Source: Macrostomum hystrix
Lineage: Eukaryota; Animalia; Platyhelminthes
Direction of reading: 5' to 3'
Length of the DNA: 64,000 nt
NCBI GenBank assembly: GCA_950097015.1
Contig: CATNEN010000007.1
Location: forward strand, 4,650,001 to 4,714,000
Shown here: one piece after another, positions 61,601 to 64,000 of the stretch
Position numbering within the stretch: the first letter of the stretch is position 1
How the letters are laid out: every line of letters starts with the position of its first letter
Made by a program: the position numbers and the translations under genes
Notes under the pieces: model-generated
What the model was told of the DNA's origin: nothing
Seen by the model: only the letters and a program-made list of their open reading frames with translations
The model's database searches: none

Positions 61601-63459
61601 AGTGAGCTGTGCCCTTTCTGCAACCTTGAGGACGAGGATGCCCTGCACTTCGTCTGCCACTGCCCTTTCTTCACCAGAGAGAGGCTTAATCACCTCGGAC
61701 CAAACCCATCCATGGACGATGTTTGCAGATCCGAGAACATCCCGCGGCTCGTCCGGTTCCTAAGGGCTACCAGACGAGCCTCTTTCTTCCCCAGCGAGGA
61801 ACAAGCTGCAGGAAGGACCGAACACGGACCTCCCTGACTGGCCCCGCGCCATCGGCCGATTGCGGGTCTTTCAGGGATTAGCGGAATGGGCGACTCCCGC
61901 CTCCCCGCTGCGTCCGTCGGACCGCCCTGCAGATAAGTCAAGTCAAGTCTCACCGACACGCAGTCGATCGCGCAACCGCCGATCGGTCAGGGCGAGCAGC
62001 GCCGGTCCGTCAACGCCGCGCCGACGGAAGGCTGCAGCATGCCCGCCCAGCCCCAGACTGTCCAGCAGTTGCGTCACCTCGTCCATCGTCCAGGAGCTCA
62101 TCGGGGTCGACGAGGTTATCGTCGGCGTCGGTGGCATCGGGGGCGTCGGGGGCGTCGGCGTTTCTGGCGGTGGCGATGGCTCAGGCGGCGCTGGCAGAGT
62201 CTCGAAGCGCATCGTTGGCAGCGGCGTTGTCGGATCTGAGTCGGCAACATCGGGAGGTGGTTCAACTTCGGCTACGTCGGCGGAGCAGCCGTCGCAGCTG
62301 TCGCAACAGCTACTACTGCAGCAACAGCAGCAGCAGCAGGAGCCTGAGCAGGAGCAGAAGCTGCAGCTGTCGGATGCAGCGTCATTTACATTTTCTGCAT
62401 GTGTTGGAGGCGATGAGCGCAAATCATAACAGCAATGACCAAAATGAGAACCCTGAGCACACTCTCAGGGTACACGTTTAATCATATTGATTATCGACCA
62501 GGTGACAACTCGCCTAGATTCGCCCCGGAGTCGGCCAGCAGATCCGCCTGCCGGTTCTGGTCCTCGTCCTCGATGGCGAGGTCCCAGACTCGAACCAGCC
62601 GGTCGTTGGAGCCGCTGGCGAGTCGGCGACCGTCTGGAGAGAAGCAGCAGCTGGTCACATAGCTGCAATGGCGGGCCGATGGTAGATGCGAGATTCAACG
62701 GAATTGAATAAATGAAGATTTGTGAAATTTTGAATCTGCACCTGCAATAGATTCTCTAGGGGAGACACGGGACGAACAGGGAGAGATGGGACACGGGAGA
62801 GATGAGACAGGGAGAGATGAGACAGGGGAGAGATGAGACAGGGGAGGGATGAGACAGGGGAGAGATGAGACAGGGAGAGAGATGAGACAGGGGAGAGATG
62901 AGACAGGGAGAGAGATGAGACAGGGAGAGATGAGACAGGGAGAGAGATGAGACAGGGAGAGAGATGAGACAGGGAGAGAGATGAGACAGGGGAATATTCA
63001 GATTATGAGTTCACAAAGCCATCACTTTCTGTTCAAGTGTCTGCATAAATCACGGAGCAGTGTTCTGACCGTGCGTGAGCCTCCACAACGTGCAGAGAAG
63101 ATGCTGTTTCCTGGAAAGGTTGGGAAAGGTTCTTATTTAACTTTAATGCGCGGATGCACTTTTTGGTTTAAACCGAGAGCCTGACGGACGGGATCTCGCG
63201 AGACTCCGCTTACCGGCTTCCAGATCCTCACGGTGTGATCCCCGGAACTGGGCCGGGATGGGAGAGAAAAATTTTGGCAGCGTGAGTCAGTCAGTCAGGT
63301 GTGTGAAAGAGAAAATTGCTGCCTGGTCTTAACAATGGCCGGACTGGGCGACTCACCAGGAAATGAGCAGCTTCCCATTTGGGGAGAAGTGAACCGCCAT
63401 CACCGCCCGGCTGTGGCCCTTCAGTGAGAACAGCAGACTCAGGCTGCCATGCTGCTTTC
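52637..63459 (-). CDS. WDSUB1: WD repeat, SAM and U-box domain protein, 3' part (gene continues past the window end)
   Basis: Exons 63357-63459, 63214-63247, 63070-63110, 62514-62662, 61954-62394, 54437-54526 and 52637-52866 have consistent phases. They encode WD40 repeats ([32 protein letters not shown]; [28 protein letters not shown]), a SAM domain ([15 protein letters not shown]...[10 protein letters not shown]) and a U-box ([33 protein letters not shown]...SPMT...LIPNRSL). Confidence 0.9.
52908..53995. repeat. G-rich 15-18-bp minisatellite in the last WDSUB1 intron
   Basis: ggcggagtaggaaggg units grade into ggcggagaaggaaggg and gacggagaaggaaggg. Confidence 0.93.
54545..55050. repeat. ~22-bp G-rich minisatellite in WDSUB1 intron
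   Basis: About 22 copies of gggattggaatagagggcggat. Confidence 0.92.
55596..55687. repeat. 26-bp tandem repeat x3.5
   Basis: gtcacagcatcacacagtcaccagct, in host intron sequence next to the retrotransposon target site. Confidence 0.88.
56004..56345 (+). repeat. 97-bp tandem monomers in the retrotransposon 5' UTR
   Basis: Units start at 56004, 56101, 56198 and 56295 (the last is partial). Confidence 0.93.
56559..58139 (+). CDS. Retrotransposon ORF1 (526 aa)
   Basis: First plausible ATG (GCCATGG) in the 56304-58139 frame. It has a basic low-complexity N-terminus and a central region reminiscent of the DUF4780-type ORF1 of LOA-like elements (inference). No CCHC knuckle seen. The stop overlaps the ORF2 start (ATGA). 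Confidence 0.8.
   Translation: MASPISSIETENSAAPDAATGRSHVLGVAGGSENPATGIVDQNKRNPSRKRSEEARARRNQKRNERRRNAAAAATGGRPTPAQEAGAKNAAGPPGSAAPTAAPAITISKASTDADGKSVEGAAGPSGAAAPSAITATTTHKAGTSNASKAKETYASKAKREPGQPAIIVVGEEQDLSDEQLKSMLKTIDEGLTDLALAGTPVSVVRSEAQEGAVLLWCKSAGDSRLLRDRIKDFKWSTDVGRLRCTTESERPRTRRHRVWVPDACSIRSGDQLRQLLLKMNPDLPASGLICHETVRKGAEGFTAIYGFSEAWSKRIPHKSVIKPGLYPLTILDCQERKAGEGPENKRTAPGPGAKAPPAKRHATSVDPRPGKNIRVAESGPRDRRPARNNRKSGLVLRALSEARALKEHLERSRAAKAQTSSPPSQPQSAGTHGAVATDWSEDLPHRKEAAIHTDPTPESEASSDGSDCTVVGWSGRDTQRSEQQLSAAIPAVPSTADAGAPLLMEVCSPTPSEEDELLKESPAGP
58136..61837 (+). CDS. Retrotransposon ORF2 (1233 aa): AP endonuclease, reverse transcriptase, RNase H, CCHC finger
   Basis: APE motifs QEPW, GDINAHH and SDH; RT motifs [32 protein letters not shown] and YADD; RNase H motifs YTDGS, NEVLAI, SDSQAAL and WIPGH...GNELAD; C-terminal CPFC...HFVCHC. 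No stops or frameshifts. Confidence 0.97.
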   Translation: MIGQTGTTCLQVNLQHCIAASVNLMRYVELNTPGLILVQEPWTHKGKPQNVPNGYHCFYNSRHRENQNPRACILVRDSLNAWYRPDLSDRDTCVIQTESILPGKTVLIASVYLPGDRPAVPEELISLTETCATKNYELMVAGDINAHHTHWGSSDINSRGEDLLAYILTTPLEFCNTGSTPTFDNGRWSEVIDATLATPGLYQSLREWQVLPETSLSDHKYISFQLAGARCTNQITWKRNARNTDWEAFRYSLEGTQRNLSPPANTCDEADELAEFLTNSLTTAFEASCPLKAYRGKTSAPWWNPQLGELRRTAKRLHRRATKTKNPADQAAYLEAIHSFKKEVRNAKNSKWRQYCEELEGTRPTSRIVKALTLDKMSKLSTVRKADGRPTENPGETLDTMLTAFFPSVPAGTDPPDHTEGGHILATSIITEDRVTKAAQSFKPFKSPGPDGIIPAFIREAVKCHGFLTNLCKLLKACIVLGYVPKAWTEARVVFIPKPGRPDYHSIKSFRPISLTSTMVKLMERLVLWCLLSVELKNMPLSGNQHAFRSGRSTESALHALVDALEKAVLGNGFALSIFLDIDGAFDNVLFEAFDRALRMRHTHSHLRRWIMYMVRHRTATAHLLGHQRTVTVCKGCPQGGVLSPVLWNMVIDELLRDSQPDPILKVGYADDVTAVASGPVPEALRDLLQNFINNAERWATRCGLKLSESKTAAIMFTSKNKWHIRPLQLYGKDITFQKQTKCLGITLDHRLSWTPHVHAKAKKAFAILAQLRRAVGNTWGLTPKRLWWIYTAMVRPAVSYAGLIWASALQLKTCHETLRRVQGRACRTIMSAPPSAPFDGLNAFLNILPLDIFIRGEAAKTARRLVDAGVRFVPQRAAAKRKLLPHTDLCLRDLGASNGINVLTDGEPCSLNLLQRFKVLIPTRDQVSDHWNTQEVHCYTDGSMKDGSAGFGVCILINGRVVATHAQHTGKSSSVFQNEVLAISSCAAELNEKNISGRTIIFHSDSQAALQALCHTTTTSRTVSDCVRQLNNLAGKNTVRLQWIPGHAGFPGNELADHLAKQGGASSAPGPSPPAPIPSTVIYRQINDWTANLHLTRWRSTTNCRQSKAAVPVPSARLRKVLLNQTRKDIRALTMTLTGHGCYARHCFLRGDLRSELCPFCNLEDEDALHFVCHCPFFTRERLNHLGPNPSMDDVCRSENIPRLVRFLRATRRASFFPSEEQAAGRTEHGPP
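62780..62993. repeat. 15-17-bp minisatellite in WDSUB1 intron
   Basis: About 13 copies of gagatgagacaggg(a/g) variants. Confidence 0.9.
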
Positions 63460-63464
63460 CTGCG

Positions 63465-64000
63465 GGTGAGTGAGTGAGTGAGTGAGTGAGTGAGTGAGTG
63501 AGTGAGTGAGTGAGTGAGTGAGTGAGTGAGTGAGTGAGTGAGTGAGTGAGTGAGTGAGTGAGTGAGTGAGTGAGTGAGTGAGTGAGTGAGTGAGTGAGTG
63601 AGTGAGTGAGTGAGTGAGTGAGTGAGTGAGTGAGTGAGTGAGTGAGTGAGTGAGTGAGTGAGTGAGTGAGTGAGTGAGTGAGTGAGTGAGTGAGTGAGTG
63701 AGTGAGTGAGTGAGTGAGTGAGTGAGTGAGTGAGGGAGTGAGTGAGTGAGTGAGTGAGTGAGTGAGTGAGTGAGTGAGTGAGTGAGTGAGTGAGTGAGTG
63801 AGTGAGTGAGTGAGTGAGTGAGTGAGTGAGTGAGTGAGTGAGTGAGTGAGTGAGTGAGTGAGTGAGTGAGTGAGTGAGTGAGTGAGTGAGTGAGTGAGTG
63901 AGTGAGTGAGTGAGTGAGTGAGTGAGTGAGTGAGTGAGTGAGTGAGTGAGTGAGTGAGTGAGTGAGTGAGTGAGTGAGTGAGTGAGTGAGTGAGTGAGTG
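63465..64000. repeat. (GAGT)n microsatellite, more than 130 units, running off the window
   Basis: Near-perfect tetranucleotide array with one interruption near 63735. It abuts the WDSUB1 acceptor at 63460. Confidence 0.98.

Larger units (their letters stand above)
55716..61947 (+). mobile_element. Full-length non-LTR retrotransposon (APE-RT-RNase H; LOA/R1-group-like) with 13-bp TSD
   Basis: Two intact ORFs and a 3' tail of (AAGTC)3. It is flanked by TCTCACCGACACG at 55703-55715 and 61948-61960 (the first two bases overlap the tail unit). The clade is inferred from domain order and the QVNLQH...QEPW start. Confidence 0.93.

Noticed and set aside
61860-62429. Plus-strand 189-aa ORF running from the LINE 3' UTR into poly-Gln
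   Set aside because: It starts at a TTG, crosses the TSD and is antisense to the SAM exon, so it is a shadow ORF of GC-rich sequence.
63465-64000. Telomeric repeat at the window end
   Set aside because: The unit is GAGT, not TTAGGG, and the array sits in a WDSUB1 intron.

Overview
Animal genomic DNA with GT-AG introns and GC-rich exons in AT-rich, minisatellite-laden non-coding DNA. The style suggests a free-living flatworm such as Macrostomum, but that is inference only. I reconstructed spliced genes by hand with consistent intron phases: an orphan secreted Cys-containing protein (+, 288-1159), a small single-pass membrane protein (+), MIEAP/SPATA18 (-, 11 exons), a UBE2Z-like E2 (+, 3 exons), a somatostatin/allatostatin-C-like peptide GPCR (+), SPEF2 (-, 13 core exons), an otopetrin proton channel (+), and the 3' part of WDSUB1 (-, WD40-SAM-U-box). 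Mobile DNA includes an intact 6.2-kb APE-RT-RNaseH non-LTR retrotransposon whose target-site duplication copies a WDSUB1 splice donor, a decayed Sola-like DDD transposase, two tRNA-derived SINE families, an 87-bp TIR/TSD micro-MITE and a 307-bp foldback. About twenty unrelated tandem arrays are present, many filling introns up to the splice sites. No CRISPR, rRNA or bona fide tRNA was found.
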